Origin: Veleropilina oligotropha
Taxonomy: Eukaryota
Length of the DNA: 64,000 bases
NCBI GenBank assembly: GCA_048128005.1
Contig: JBEUKZ010000103.1
Span: 62,001-126,000 of the forward strand
Direction: 5' to 3'
Under the pieces are notes generated by a model. It searched no databases, was not told where the DNA came from, and saw nothing but the letters and a program-made list of their open reading frames with translations. Of this stretch, positions 24,559 to 39,110 are shown in pieces (the stretch's first letter is position 1; each line of letters opens with the position of its first letter). Both the position numbers and the translations under genes were made by a program.

Positions 24559-27500
24559 ATGGACGCAGCATTTGCAATCGCGCTGAAAAAGCCCAGACTG
24601 TACACTGACTACACAAGATGTCTCATCTGTCAATGTGGAGAAGACAAAGGAAAACTTCAAAAACTCTCAGAGAAAGGATTTGACAGTTTGTGTTATGCAG
24701 TAGATAAGAGACAAGATGAAATCGCAGATAGACTGCATTATGATGTGGGCGACAAAGACACGTTTTTTAGCAAAAGCCCACTTTACCACGGACCGTGTAG
24801 AAATCAGTACACAAATAAAAAAACTGTTTTACAGAAACTGCGACAATGTCAGTATTCTGAAAATGATGAACAGAAGGAATCTACCGATGAAATCACACCC
24901 AAAAGAAAACGCCAATCCCTTGATTACAGGACCGTATGTTTCATTTGTGAGAAGGCCAGAAACACCAAAGGCCACTGGAAGTTGACCAAAGTTGCCGCTG
25001 GTGTTCGTCAAAACAATTTCCACAAGCAGGCCCAACTGCGCAATGATCAAGAGATGCTCACCAAAATTCATGGCCATGGAAATACATGTGTGGACTTCAT
25101 TGCAGCAGATTTCAGATACCATGGCACGTGCATGAACAAGTATATGAACGATAGAATTACTTCAACTGCAACATGTACAATACAGGACACAACCGATAAA
25201 ACTGAAATATATCGATCAGCATTCCAGCAACTTGTTTCTGAAATGGAGGGACAATTATTTCAGGACTGAGCTGTGTTTTATATCAGTAAGCTGTGTGTGC
25301 GGTATCGACAAATGTTGGTCGAGAATGGAATAAAATCAGGAACAAAATACCGAACCAGCAAACTGTCGAATCGTTTTGTGGCATATTATGGAGCAAGGAT
25401 CCAGATAGTCCCTGGAAAGGGAATGTCCAACTTATTGTGTTCATCGGACATTACAGTGGGTGAACTGTTTGCTAAAATCAATAGCCTCCAGAAACATTGG
25501 AAGAGACGGAATTACTGTCAGACAGTACTGGTAGTAGCGGTGATTACGAACAGCCAAGTACTTCAGCTGAGGCAGAGTGTATGTCATACCATTCTGCCAA
25601 GCGTATTCGGCATGATCTAAAGCGGAAATTAAATATAAACAGGCAAATGCTTCACACTCTCAAAGAAGAAGAACCGACAACTGATGGCACCGGCATCGAA
25701 CTAAGTACAGAAACAAGAACGAATGATGACTTTGTTATGGATGAAGTGGGACAAGTTGAAGCGTCCCCATCTGGAAATCCATCAGATGCTACATGTAATG
25801 ACCCAGATCAAATCGCCACAGAGTCGTCAAATCTTGAATTTTCATATGATGCAGCTTCAAAGTGTATTCCTGACAGTTTGTACAACCATGTTGCTTGGCT
25901 GGTTACAGATTGCAATCCAGAACTATGTCAATCTGGTCGGGTTCAAGTAGATCAAGCTGCACATGAGAAAATTCTCAACCTGTCTCAAGACATAGTTTCA
26001 CAAGTTTGCAAAATACCGACACCAAAACAAGTTGGCATATCTTTGCATATTCTCAAGGAAACCAGAAGCAAACGAACTGTGACAATGTTAAACAGGTTTG
26101 GAAATGCCATCAGCTACGACGATGCACAGAGATATATGACATCAATAGCGAAATCTGTTGAAGAGCAGACAGAGAGGATTGGCTTCTTTGTTCCGGTAAA
26201 TTTGAAAGCAGGCCAATTTACACACTGTGCTATTGACAATCTAGATTTCCACGAGCATACAAAGGATGGCACCACACTTCACGCAACAACAATAATCTTC
26301 TATCAATACATGAATGAAGATGACGAGTCTGGTTCAGCAAAGGCAACGATCCCTGTCAAGAAGGTCAGAGAAAAATCTGTACATGCGCCAGATGAATTCC
26401 ATGCACCAGAATGCTATCTAAGTCTACACGATAGCAAAAAGTCACGACAATTAACCGGCATTACGATGATGCCTTCCGAAGAAGAACAACAAGGTGTCAG
26501 TACTGACATGGTGTGGCATTTGCTGCGTACACAAGGCACGGAGCTACTCAATACTGATGTCACTGATTATACACCACCAACTTGGGGTGCATTCAATGTG
26601 TACATACAACCAGAAAATATCAAAGAAACAGTATTAAGCTATTGGCCTGTCATACCAAAGTCGCCAACAGACCCAGCTATCGTCCAAGAAGCACTATTCT
26701 ATTGCATGAAGGTCACAGCTAAAATCAACCAAGAGTTCACAATCATCACCTGCGATCAAGCAATATATGATATTGCAATAGCTCTCCGAAACAAGATGCC
26801 GAAGCAGTTTGAGAAACTTATCCTTCGTATGGGAGGATTCCACATTGCCGAGAACTTCATGGGGTCGACCAGTCACCTCATGAAAGGATCTGGAATAGAG
26901 GATGTCTTAGTTGAAGCCAACGCTTTTCTTCGAGGCACTGTAGATAAAATATTCGCAGGAAAGGACTACTATCTCATGCTTAGAGCATTCACTTTGTCTG
27001 CCGATGTGATGTTTCAACTTCGTTGGGAGGCATTCGAGAAATGGCTACTGGCAGAGGAAAAAAACAGGGAGTGTATTGCTAGATTGTCAGTTACATTGGA
27101 TAAGCTGAAAGCGGAGCTAGCTGCAAAAACATCAGGCAAGGTGTTCGACATGCTTGATGAGGCACATGTAATCATACAAGATGTGAAGATCCTCTTGTCT
27201 GAGTTTGATCAAGGAATGACAGCGCCGACTGCTCGTCTTTGGCTGATGTTCTTGGACATGGTAGCAATTTTAATGTTGTACATCTCCGCTGAACGATCCG
27301 GCAACTGGAAAAGACACCTTGTCGAAGTTCAAAATATGCTTCCATACATCACCGCTGCAGGGCATTACAAGTATGCCACCCAGTTACCCATGTACCTAAA
27401 TGAGATGAGGGCTTTGTCAGATACTGCTCCTGCTGTACATTCAGAGTTCATGAAAGGAAATTTCACAGTACATCGTAAAGAAGGCAAGTTCAATGGGGTG

Positions 27501-27966
27501 TGGAGTGATATGGCACTCGAACAATCATATAACAGAGAAGGAAAAACAGCGCTTTTCAAGGGACTCACTCAAAATCCGGCTGCCATGAAAAAGTACCTTG
27601 AAATTGCACCGATCATGACAGCGATATCACAAGATGTCAAAGGTATGGTGCACATGGGAAAACAGCATGGACACCACGAAAGTTCGAAATTCGCATTGCT
27701 TGAAACAGAAACTGTGAACAAAATGAAGCATGTTATTACCAACATGATCAACCCTTGGCAGTGTGATGACAGTTCTTCATTGCTCAAGATATCGACAGGT
27801 CAAAAAGCAGCTTCTAAAGAGTTGATCAAAGCCAAGGAGCTGGGAGTAGAAGCGCTACAGGCTGTAGATCATACAGGTGCTGACACACTCAAGAAAGTGA
27901 AAGTACCGACATTCGAGTCAAGCACTACCAAAAGCATTTCCATGGCCAAGAAAACGAAAGAAATCT
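24559..27966 (+). pseudogene. Academ-type DNA transposon transposase, disrupted and 3'-truncated
   Basis: N-terminal CxxC...YHxxC repeats; core motifs CAIDNLDF, TCDQAIY, LRMGGFH, ERSGNW..HL, AAGH..YA, WSDMALEQSYN; in-frame TGA at 25267-25269, frameshift near 25497; acceptor TTTTCTTCAG (ending 24544) just upstream of the ATG. Confidence 0.72.
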
Positions 27967-28315
27967 GCTTTGGACAGATCAAGGAAAACTGCTAAAGTGT
28001 AGTTGTCGCACTCAAAACCTTTTATTATGTGACTAGTCAGTTCTGTGACTGCATCAGTGGTGCTATGGTTTTTCCTGAAACCATATTGGCTCGGGTAGAA
28101 AATGTTGTTTTTAGTTAAATATTCATAAAGTCTTTTAAACATAATCTTTTCCAAAACTTTGGACACTGTTGAAAGTAAGGATATGGGTCGGTAATTGTTC
28201 AGTAAATGCTTGTCCTTACTTTTGTATACGGGAACAACGTCGGCCAGTTTCATGTTGTTTGGAAACTTTCCCGTTTCGATAGACTTATTGAAAATGATGA
28301 CGAGAGGGACATTTA
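27966..28315 (-). pseudogene. CR1-like LINE ORF2, RT N-terminal segment
   Basis: NVPLVIIFNKSIETGKFPNNMKLADVVPVYK..NYRPISLL..QYGFRK..VFLDLSKA; similarity ends at DLSKA. Confidence 0.9.
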
Positions 28316-29991
28316 TTAGGGCTTCAAGCTTTCAAGGCTTGAAGCCCTATTGTTATTCTACGAATTATTATTATTAGGGCTTCAAGCTTTCAGGCTTGAA
28401 GCCCTATTGTTATTCTACGAATTATTATTATTATTAGGGCTTCAAGCTTTGAGGCTTGAAGCCCTATTGTTATTCTACGAATTATTAGGGCTTCAAGATT
28501 TGAGGCTTGAAGCCCTATTGTTATTCTACGAATTATTATTATTATGATTTATTATTTTCTCCACGATTTTGTGACAGCGATTTCTCAAAAACTGCCAGAG
28601 CTACAGCAATAAAATTTTGCAGGCTTATAGGTGCATTAGTGAAGTTGTGCCGCGTCCTTAACGTACTGTCTAGGAATTGCGGTTTGGCCGCCATTTTGAA
28701 TATATTAAAACTTTAAAAAAATCTTCTTCTCAAAAACCGCCAATGACAGCGAGGGAAGACTTTCCAGATATGATTGACGTACTAAGGGGAAGTTAAATTG
28801 CAAGCGACAAATCGATCGGTCGTAAAAGGAGGCCGCTGCGTGCGTCTGAAGATTGCGGCGCGCATTTAAAAATTTAAATCAATTTAAAATGGCTATATCG
28901 TGAAAATGATGCACCGTAGACCCATGGTTACTATGGGGAGCCTATGGGAAGTCATGGTTGGGCTTTCAAATTTGACCTTGACCTTTGACCTCAGTTGACC
29001 TACATTGCAGGAAATGGCCTAATTAAGGAAAAATGCATATATGTGGGCCTATAGTGCATGAAATGAACTCCTATTGACGTGTGTAGTCAACATTTACCAA
29101 ATTTACAAGATAAAATTGAAAAACAGGAAGTGGCTCGACCGCCATTAAAGCTTTTATTTCAAGTGGAAATATATCAACAATGATGCACCGTGGACACATA
29201 GTTACTATGGGGAGCCTATGGGAAGTCATGGTTGGGCTTTCAAATGTGACCTTGACCTTTGACCTCAGTTGACCTACATTGCGAAAAATGACCTATTTAA
29301 GGAAAAATGCATATATGCCTGCCCATAGTGGCTAAAATGAACTCCTATTGACGTGCGTAGTCGCTATTTACCAAATTTCCAAGATAAAATTAAAAACAGG
29401 AAGTGCCTCGGCGGCCATTAAAGCATTTGTTAGAAGTGGCAATATATCAACAAGGATGCACCGTGGACACATAGTTACTATGGGGACCCTATGGGAAGTC
29501 ATGGTTGATCTTTCACATGTGACCTTGACCTTTGACCTCAGTTGACCTACATTGCAGGAAATGACCTAATTAAGGAAAACAACATATTTCCGTCAGAAAA
29601 AGACATGTTTGCCAGAAAATGGTCAGGAAATGGCAAACTCTGTTAATATTGATGCTAGACCTTAGATATTTTAAATTAGGATAATAAAAAAATTCGAAAA
29701 AAAAAAAAAATGGCTACCACATTTTCCTTAAAAAGGCCAGAACTGGAGACCTACGTGGCGTACAGACCTGAAATTTGCGGCATTCGATTCAGTGTATATA
29801 TTAATAAAATTCTAAGGAAAAAAATTAAAATATTTAAAAATTAAATTTAAAAGTTAAAAAAAAAAAAAAAAAAAAAAATGTCCTCAAGCGATAGGACGCG
29901 ATCAGCTTGAAGCCCTGTACAGCTGCTTGCAGCTTTAATTAGGGCTTCAAGCTTTGAGGCTTGAAGCCCTATTGTTATTCTACGAATTATT

Positions 29992-31971
29992 AGGGCTCCA
30001 AGCTTTAGCTCGCTTGGAGCCCTATTGATATTATCCGTTTTGTTATTATTATTCCGCCGATTTTTGTGGCAAGGATAACTCAATAACGGCTACAGCTACA
30101 GGCTTCATATTTGGTATATAGGTGCATATAGTGGTGATGCTGAAACGGAATTTTTTTTTTGTCGGTGGTGGCGGTGGTTTTGGCCGCCATTTTGAATAAA
30201 TTAAAACTCTAAACAAATCTTCTTCTCAAAAACCGCCAATGACAGCGAGGGAAGACTTTCCAGATATGATTGACGTACTAAGGGGAAGTTAAATTGCGAG
30301 CGAAAAATCGATCGGTCGTAAAAGGAGGCCGCTGCGTGCGTCTGAAGATCCGGCCATAGTGAAATCAATTTAAAATGGCTATATCTTGGAAATGATGCAA
30401 CGTAGACCCATGGTTACTATGGGGAGCCTATGGGAAGTCATGGGTGGGCTTTCGAAAATGACCTTGACCTTTGACCTCAGGTGACCTACATTGCAGGAAA
30501 TGACCTAATTAAGGAAAAATGCATACATGTGTGCCCATAGTGGTTGAAGTGAACTACTATTGATGTCTGTAGTCGACATTTATCAAATTTACGTGATGAA
30601 ATCGAAAAACAGGAAGTGCCTCGGCGGCCATTAAAGCATTTGTTTCAAGTGGCAATATATCAAAAAGGATGCACCGCAGACACATAGTTACTATGGGGAG
30701 GCTATGGGAAGTCATGGTTCATCTTTCACATGTGACCTTGACCTTTGACCTCAGTTGACCTACATTGCAGTAAATGACCTAATTAAGGAAAACGCCCTAT
30801 TTTTGCCAGAAAATGGTCACGAAATGGCCAACTCGGTTAATATTGATGCTAGAGCTTAGATATTTTGAATGGAAATAATAAAAAAATTCGATCTAAAAAC
30901 TTTCAATTTCTTTAAAAATTTTAAAAAAAATTGGATAATAGGAATGTATTTGCCATCATATTTTCAAGATATCGTATCTCAGACACACACGTGGTACGGG
31001 TGGGTTTGGCGGACATCTTGTTTGACCTAATTCAAAAAATGACAAACAAAGTCGGCTGTAACACCTCACTTGTCAGTGACAAAGTTGTAGCAGAGATGCT
31101 TAGACATAACTATGTGCAATTTCCGGTTTCTGGGGTGAGCGGTTCACTTCCGGTAGAGCAAGCCATTTATGAAATCACATAATTTCTACTTTCACTTTAC
31201 AGAAAGTGACTTGGATGACTTGGACGCCATTACTGAAAATGTTTAAAGGGGCTATATCTTGTAAACGGTGCATCTTAGACATATAGTTACTATGGGGAGC
31301 TTATGGGAAGTCATGGGTAAACTATCGAAAATGACCTTGACCTTTGACCTCAGTGACCTAATTAGCGAAAAATTGCCGAACTCGGAAAAACGCAGGGGAT
31401 GCAGTGCAATGGGTAGTGGGAACGTATTTGACATCGCATTTCCAAGATGGCGGAAATCGGACGCCATTATGGAAATTGTTTCAAGGGGCTGTATCTTGTA
31501 AACGGTGCATCTTAGACATATAGTTACAATGGGGAGCCTATGGGAAGTCATGGGTAAGCTTTCAAAAATGACCATGACCTTTGACCTCAGATGACCCAGT
31601 TAGCTGTAATTGACCTAATTCCATGATTTTGGGGGTAGAAAGCTGAAATTTGGTTTGCAGGTAGATATGGTGTTTATTAAGCGCCTGTAAACTTTTCAGC
31701 TAGGTGGCGCCACTGGTTCGGCAGTAATTGACCTAATTCGAAGATTTTTGGGGTAGAGAGCTGAAATTTGGTTTGCAGGTAGATATGGTGTTTATTAAGC
31801 GCCTGTAAACTTTTCAGCTAAGTGGCGCCACTGGTTCGGCAGTAATTGACCTAATTCGATGATATGGCGGGTAGAAAGCTGAAATTTGGTGTGTGGGTAG
31901 ATGCTGTGTTTGCAAGTGCCTGTAAACTGGTCCCTAAATTGGAGCCCTAACAGCTGCTTGCAGCTTTAATT
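29992..31971 (+). mobile_element. Complete HINE-like element of a second subfamily, nested in the stack
   Basis: subTIR AGGGCTCCAA with adjacent TTGGAGCCCT; 3' TTGGAGCCCT plus the same AGCTGCTTGCAGCT hairpin; own internal ~120-bp repeats at 31600-31925. Confidence 0.8.
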
Positions 31972-34754
31972 ATTATTATTATGATTTATTATTTTCTCCA
32001 CGATTTTGTGACAGCGATTTCTCAAAAACTGCCAGAGCTACAGCAATAAAATTGTGCAGGCTTATAGGTGCATTAGTGAAGTTGTGCCGCGTCCTTAACG
32101 TACTGTCTAGGAATTGCGGTTTGGCCGCCATTTTGAATATATTAAAACTTTAAAAAAATCTTCTTCTCAAAAACCGCCAATGACAGCGAGGGAAGACTTT
32201 CCAGATATGATTGACGTACTAAGGGGAAGTTAAATTGCAAGCGAAAAATCGATCGGTCGTAAAAGGAGGCCGCTGCGTGCGTCTGAAGATTGCGGCGCGC
32301 ATTTAAAAATTTAAATCAATTTAAAATGGCTATATCGCGAAAATGATGCACCGTAGACCCATGGTTACTATGGGGAGCCTATGGGAAGTCATGGTTGGGC
32401 TTTCAAATTTGACCTTGACCTTTGACCTCAGTTGACCTACATTGCAGGAAATGGCCTAATTAAGGAAAAATGCATATATGTGGGCCTATAGTGCATGAAA
32501 TGAACTCCTATTGACGTGTGTAGTCAACATTTACCAAATTTACAAGATAAAATTGAAAAACAGGAAGTGGCTCGACCGCCATTAAAGCTTTTATTTCAAG
32601 TGGCAATATATCAACAATGATGTGCCGTGGACACATAGTTACTATGGGGAGCCTATGGGAAGTCATGGTTGGGCTTTCAAATGTGACCTTGACCTTTGAC
32701 CTCAGTTGACCTACATTGCGAAAAATGACCTATTTAAGGAAAAATGCATATATGCCTGCCCATAGTGGCTAAAATGAACTCCTATTGACGTGCGTAGTCG
32801 CTATTTACCAAATTTCCAAGATAAAATTAAAAACAGGAAGTGCCTCGGCGGCCATTAAAGCATTTGTTAGAAGTGGCAATATATCAACAAGGATGCACCG
32901 TGGACACATAGTTACTATGGGGACCCTGTGGGAAGTCATGGTTGATCTTTCACATGTGACCTTGATCTTTGACCTCAGTTGACCTACATTGCAGGAAATG
33001 ACCTAATTAAGGAAAACAACATATTTCCGACAGAAAAAGACGTTTGCCAGAAAATGGTCAGGAAATGGCAAACTCTGTTAATATTGATGCTAGAGCTTAG
33101 ATATTTTAAATTAGGATAATAAAAAAATTCGAAAAAAAAACAAAATGGCTACCACATTTTCCTTAAAAAGGCCAGAACTGGAGACCTACGTGGCGTACAG
33201 ACCTGAAATTTGCGGCATTCGATTCAGTGTATATATTAATAAAATTCTAAGGAAAAAAATTAAAATATTTAAAAATTAAATTTAAAAGTTAAAAAAAAAA
33301 AAAAAAAAAAATGGCTGCAAGCGATAGGACGCGATCAGCTTGAAGCCCTGTACAGCTGCTTGCAGCTTTAATTATTATTATGATTTATTATTTTCTCCAC
33401 GATTTTGTGACAGCGATAACTCAAAAACTGCCAGAGCTACAGCAATAAAATTTTGCAGGCTTATAGGTGCATTAGTGAAGTTGTGCCGCGTCCTTAACGT
33501 ACTGTCTAGGAATTGCGGTTTGGCCGCCATTTTGAATATATTAAAACTTTAAAAAAATCTTCTTCTCAAAAACCGCCAATGACAGCGAGGGAAGACTTTC
33601 CAGATATGATTGACGTACTAAGGGGAAGTTAAATTGCAAGCGACAAATCGATCGGTCGTAAAAGGAGGCCACTGCGTGCGTCTGAAGATTGCGGCGCGCA
33701 TTTAAAAATTTAAATCAATTTAAAATGGCTATATCGTGAAAATGATGCACCGTAGACCCATGGTTACTATGGGGAGCCTATGGGAAGTCATGGTTGGGCT
33801 TTCAAATTTGACCTTGACCTTTGACCTCAGTTGACCTACATTGCAGGAAATGGCCTAATTAAGGAAAAATGCATATATGTGGGCCTATAGTGCATGAAAT
33901 GAACTCCTATTGACGTGTGTAGTCAACATTTACCAAATTTACAAGATAAAATTGAAAAACAGGAAGTGGCTCGACCGCCATTAAAGCTTTTATTTCAAGT
34001 GGCAATATATCAACAATGATGCACCGTGGACACATAGTTACTATGGGGAGCCTATGGGAAGTCATGGTTGGGCTTTCAAATGTGACCTTGACCTTTGACC
34101 TCAGTTGACCTACATTGCGAAAAATGACCTATTTAAGAAAAAATGCATATATGCTTGCCCATAGTGGCTAAAATGAACTCCTATTGACGTGCGTAGTCGC
34201 TATTTACCAAATTTCCAAGATAAAATTAAAAACAGGAAGTGCCTCGGCGTCCATTAAAGCATTTGTTAGAAGTGGAAATATATCACCAAGGATGCACCGT
34301 GGACACATAGTTATTATGGGGACCCTATGGGAAGTCATGGTTGATCTTTCACATGTGACCTTGACCTTTGACCTCAGTTGACCTACATTGCAGGAAATGA
34401 CCTAATTAAGGAAAACGACATATTTCCGCCAGAAAATGGTCAGGAAATGGCAAACTCTGTTAATATTGATGCTAGAGCTTAGATATTTTAAATTAGGATA
34501 ATAAAAAAATTCGAAAAAAAAAAAAAATGGCTACCACATTTTCCTTAAAAAGGCCAGAACTGGAGACCTACGTGGCGTACAGACCTGAAATTTGCGGCAT
34601 TCGATTCAGTGTATATATTAATAAAATTCTAAGGAAAAAAATTAAAATATTTAAAAATTAAATTTAAAAGTTTAAAAAAAAAAAAAAAAAAATGGCTGCA
34701 AGCGATAGGACGCGATCAGCTTGAAGCCCTGTACAGCTGCTTGCAGCTTTAATT

Positions 34755-37700
34755 ATGATTTATTATTTTCTCCACGATTTTGTGACAGCGATAACTCAAA
34801 AACTGCCAGAGCTACAGCAATAAAATTTTGCAGGCTTATAGGTGCATTAGTGAAGTTGTGCCGCGTCCTTAACCTAGTCTCTAGGTCGCATAGTTTCGTC
34901 GTTATCATGTGTTTTGTAAAAAAAACACCACTTTTTAAAAAATCTTCTTCTCCGAAAGCAGTAAAGCCAGCGAGACGAAACTTGCCACAGGTGATGTAGG
35001 CTTCATCACCAAGTATCTTTGCAGACAACAAGTTGATCGGTCTAACAACAAGGTAGCTACGAGCGTCTGAATCTTGCAAAAAAGTTGAATTTTTTACAAT
35101 TTTTACATCGGCTATAACTCTTATTCTGCTTTAACTATAGTCTTCAACCTTCGCTGAGTGGTAGACGCTTTCTGTAAGTTAATTTTGCTACAAAGAAGAT
35201 ATTTCTGCGTGATGTGGTTAAGCCGCCATCTTGGATTGTTTGAAAAACTTCAAACGTCATTTTCTCTGCAATCGTCTGTCCGATCACAATGAAACTTCGT
35301 AGGTGGGAACGTTGTGTTATGTTCTTATAAATGTATAATAAACCAAAAAATATTAGTATGAAAATATTAAGAGCAAAAGTCATTTGAAATTTAAAATTTC
35401 AATTAGTCGTATCTTCCTTAATATTTAATTATTTGAAACGAAATAAAGTTCATTATGAACACATCAAATTTATCTAACGCAATATATAAAAAAGCTATCA
35501 CTTATTTAAGTTAATTTAAAGATATAGACATTTTTTGACATCATTTTGTAACTGCTATAACTTAGGTTGTACGGGGACCATCAAGTGGTAAATTTAACAC
35601 TAGTGCCATCTTAGGGGAAATAATATATATGCATATTTTCGAATAGCTGGGAGTGGTAATACTGCAAAAAGACAGTGTATTTTTTATGTAGCGACTATAT
35701 CTGGCTGGCTTAAAGTAATTTATTACCCTGTGTCAACAAAGCCCCCATGGTCTTGTATTGACATTATGGCCACCTAATTACTTTGTATCAATAAACTGTT
35801 GCCATCCCACTGCCTGCAGAGATATAAGAAATTAGTATGTCGTAAAAACTAGGGAAGGAGACAGAACTAGGTTTTAGTCTATACGTACGCTCCTTGCAAA
35901 CGGGAATATAAGGTCAATGCAAGCATATGTAAGTCTATTTAAGTATATGTAATTGTGCATACAAGGCAAATCTTTTGCTTGTGATTAGAATTGCGTCTCG
36001 TTAAACACTTGCAAACCACAGTGACAATCATACGCAACATTAACTTATTAAATATTGCAAATCAATATTTCTAGTTTAATTGATCAGTTAAATGTTTATG
36101 CTAACATCTCTCAAGGGCTTGGCACAAGACTAGCCTTTAAGTAAACACAATCGCCCAGCTGCCTGGACGTTATGATGTAATGTCAATAAAGACAGCCCAC
36201 CACTTTGAAAGTGGTCTTGATAGGTGTTCCTTGTGGTCAAAGGGAGGTAATTTTAAAGGGCCTGTAGGCTGTAGCCTACAAGCAATTTATATCAGTGAAA
36301 ATGTCTCTTAATAAGCCTATCACACGAAGTACATGAAGCAATTCCATTTATGGCTGTCATGACAATTTATCTCCATGAGGCAGAGATGTTAATGGGTCCA
36401 GTGTAAATATTGGTCAGGCAGCCTAGCTGACTTCAGAGGGTTATGTAATATCACTGCAGGTTTATAAGGTCAACCTACCTTTGAGGCAAGCGCTGGTCGG
36501 TTTCCACTGGTCTAGGGTAAAGAATATAATTGCAAGTAATTGTCAAAATAGTTATATCCGCTTATATATGTGTGCGTATATAATCTTATTATATTTCCTA
36601 TGGGTTCCTATGTCATGATTTATCTCTAATGTATGTCGGTCACATCGGATTGAGACCTTAAACCGGGTGACCTGATTGCTTTAAGGCTGAAAAATTGCCA
36701 AAGTGGTCGTGAAATAAAGTTGTCTACTCAACTCAACTATATATAAACAAGTTATAGTAAAGTATATTTTCTGTATATTTTTGTGCACTACGGCGTTGGA
36801 GAACTCAGAAGCGATTCCATATAATTTACTATTTTACCAACTGCACAGACAAACGTTGTATACTCATTAATAAGTACAATGCATTTGCGACATAATAATT
36901 GATACATCATATTGCTAGCAATAGACAACTTACACAAGGGGACCCGACTCGGTGCCAATATTTAATATCCTGAAATTAATATGAAGCTCAACCATCACTA
37001 AGGCAAACGCTAACATTGTGTAAGGTATATTAATAAGATAATACGATTGCAATGGTCTAAGTGCATTCAGAAGAACAAATATATTGTGATTAAACACACT
37101 CATATATTAAATTATCTTGTCAAAGAACAGTTATCTAATGATCAAACCTACGTATGCTAATTTACAGATAATTTAGCATGTGGCAGACAAAAATATCAGG
37201 GAATTTTTGAGTGCCGGGTAAAATAAATTTCAATGTAACTTTTTCGACGTTTTACAAATATTATGCATCTCAAAAGCAATTTCCTGATACCTGAGTGACA
37301 TTTAGATCATATATTTACAATGTATATTATAAAATGTACATTTAAAATGTATATATGCTTGTTTTATAAATTAATTATTCAAATGTGTAGTCTACATTTG
37401 CAAGATAAAATTGAAAGGCAGGAAGTGCCTCGGCGGCCATTAAAGGCAGGAAGTGCCTCGGCGGCCATTAAAGCTTTTGTTTTGACTACCTGGTAGATGC
37501 TGTGTGCATGAAATTGATATCGCTTTTTGGAACGCATTTCAATTGTGTTTGATAGAAGGCATTGCATGAACGAACTGTTACTTTACCATCTGTAAGGAAG
37601 AATTTTTGCTATCAGATATTTTATAATAAAGTGTTGTGCATATATGACAATGGATAGTCATACTATTTGCTAATGTTTAATAAGATATGTAAATGCATAA

Positions 37701-39110
37701 TTAAATTTTTGTGTTTTAATGACTGCACCATATATGGCAAAATGGAAGTTGTTACTGTTTAGTAAAGCCTAGTGCATGTTGGGCTTGCGACTGGATCCAA
37801 TCAGTCGAAAGCCGTTTCCTGCGACCAGTTGCTCGAGTTGCCAGAACCAGGAGTATCGAAACAGACGCCGGTCTCTGCCGATATGTGTGTACCTGGGACT
37901 GCTTGCGCCGAAAAATCGCCAGTTACTCTTCGGCGACTGGATCGATCCAGTTGGATCAGAATATATGATCTTGACAATATGATTAAAAAAGTTTGCGCGG
38001 GACAAATTCATCGGACATAAGATGAGGCCGCCATCTTGGATTACGTCATAAACTAGCTTATTTTATAACTTTGTTAATATTTAACCTAGCGGGACATGAT
38101 TTATATATTCGGATATCATATACGCTTGTCTTTCAAATTTGACCTTGACCTTTGACCTCAGTTGACCTACATTGCAGGAAATGACCTAATTAAGGAAAAA
38201 TGCATATATGTGGGCCTATAGTGCATGAAATGAACTCCTATTGACGTGTGTAGTCAACATTTACCAAATTTACAAGATAAAATTGAAAAACAGGAAGTGC
38301 CTCGACGGCCATTAAAGCTTTTCTTTCAAGTGGCAATATATCAACAAGGATGCGCCGTGGACACATAGTTACTATGGGGAGCCTATGGGAAGTCATGGTT
38401 GGGCTTTCAAATGTGACCTTGACCTTTGACCTCAGTTGACCTACATTGCGAAAAATGACCTAATTAAGGAAAAATGCATATATGCTTGCCCGTAGTGGCT
38501 AAAATGAACTCCTATTGACGTGCGTAGTCGCTATTTACCAAATTTCCAAGATAAAATTAAAAAACAGGAAGTGCCTCGGCGGCCATTAAAGCATTTGTTA
38601 GAAGTGGCAATATATCAACAAGGATGCACCGTGGACACATAGTTACTATGGGGACCCTATGGGAAGTCATGGTTGATCTTTCACATGTGACCTTGACCTT
38701 TGACCTCAGTTGACCTACATTGCAGAAAATGACCTAATTAAGGAAAACGACATATTTTTGCCAGAAAATGGTCGGAAAATGGCCAAGTCGGTTAATATTG
38801 ATGCTAGGGCTTACATATTTTAACATAGGATATTAAAAAATTTCGAAAAAACAAACAAAATGGCCGCCACATGATCCTTAAAAAGGCCATAACTCGAGAA
38901 CGACGTGTCGTACAGACCTGAAAATAGCGGCATTCGATTCAGAGTGTCCATATGTATGAATTAAGGAAATTAAGGAGAATTTTTTTTTTAATTTTTACAA
39001 AAAAATTAAATCTAAAAGTTAAAAAAAAATATAAAAAATAAAAATTTGGCTGCAAGCGATAGGACGCGCGATCAGCTTGAAGCCCTCTACAGCTGCTTGC
39101 AGCTTTAATT
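34755..39110 (+). mobile_element. Long HINE-like body with ~3.2 kb extra internal sequence (copy 1)
   Basis: Shares its start and tail with the short bodies but diverges from ~34870 to ~38125. Confidence 0.75.
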
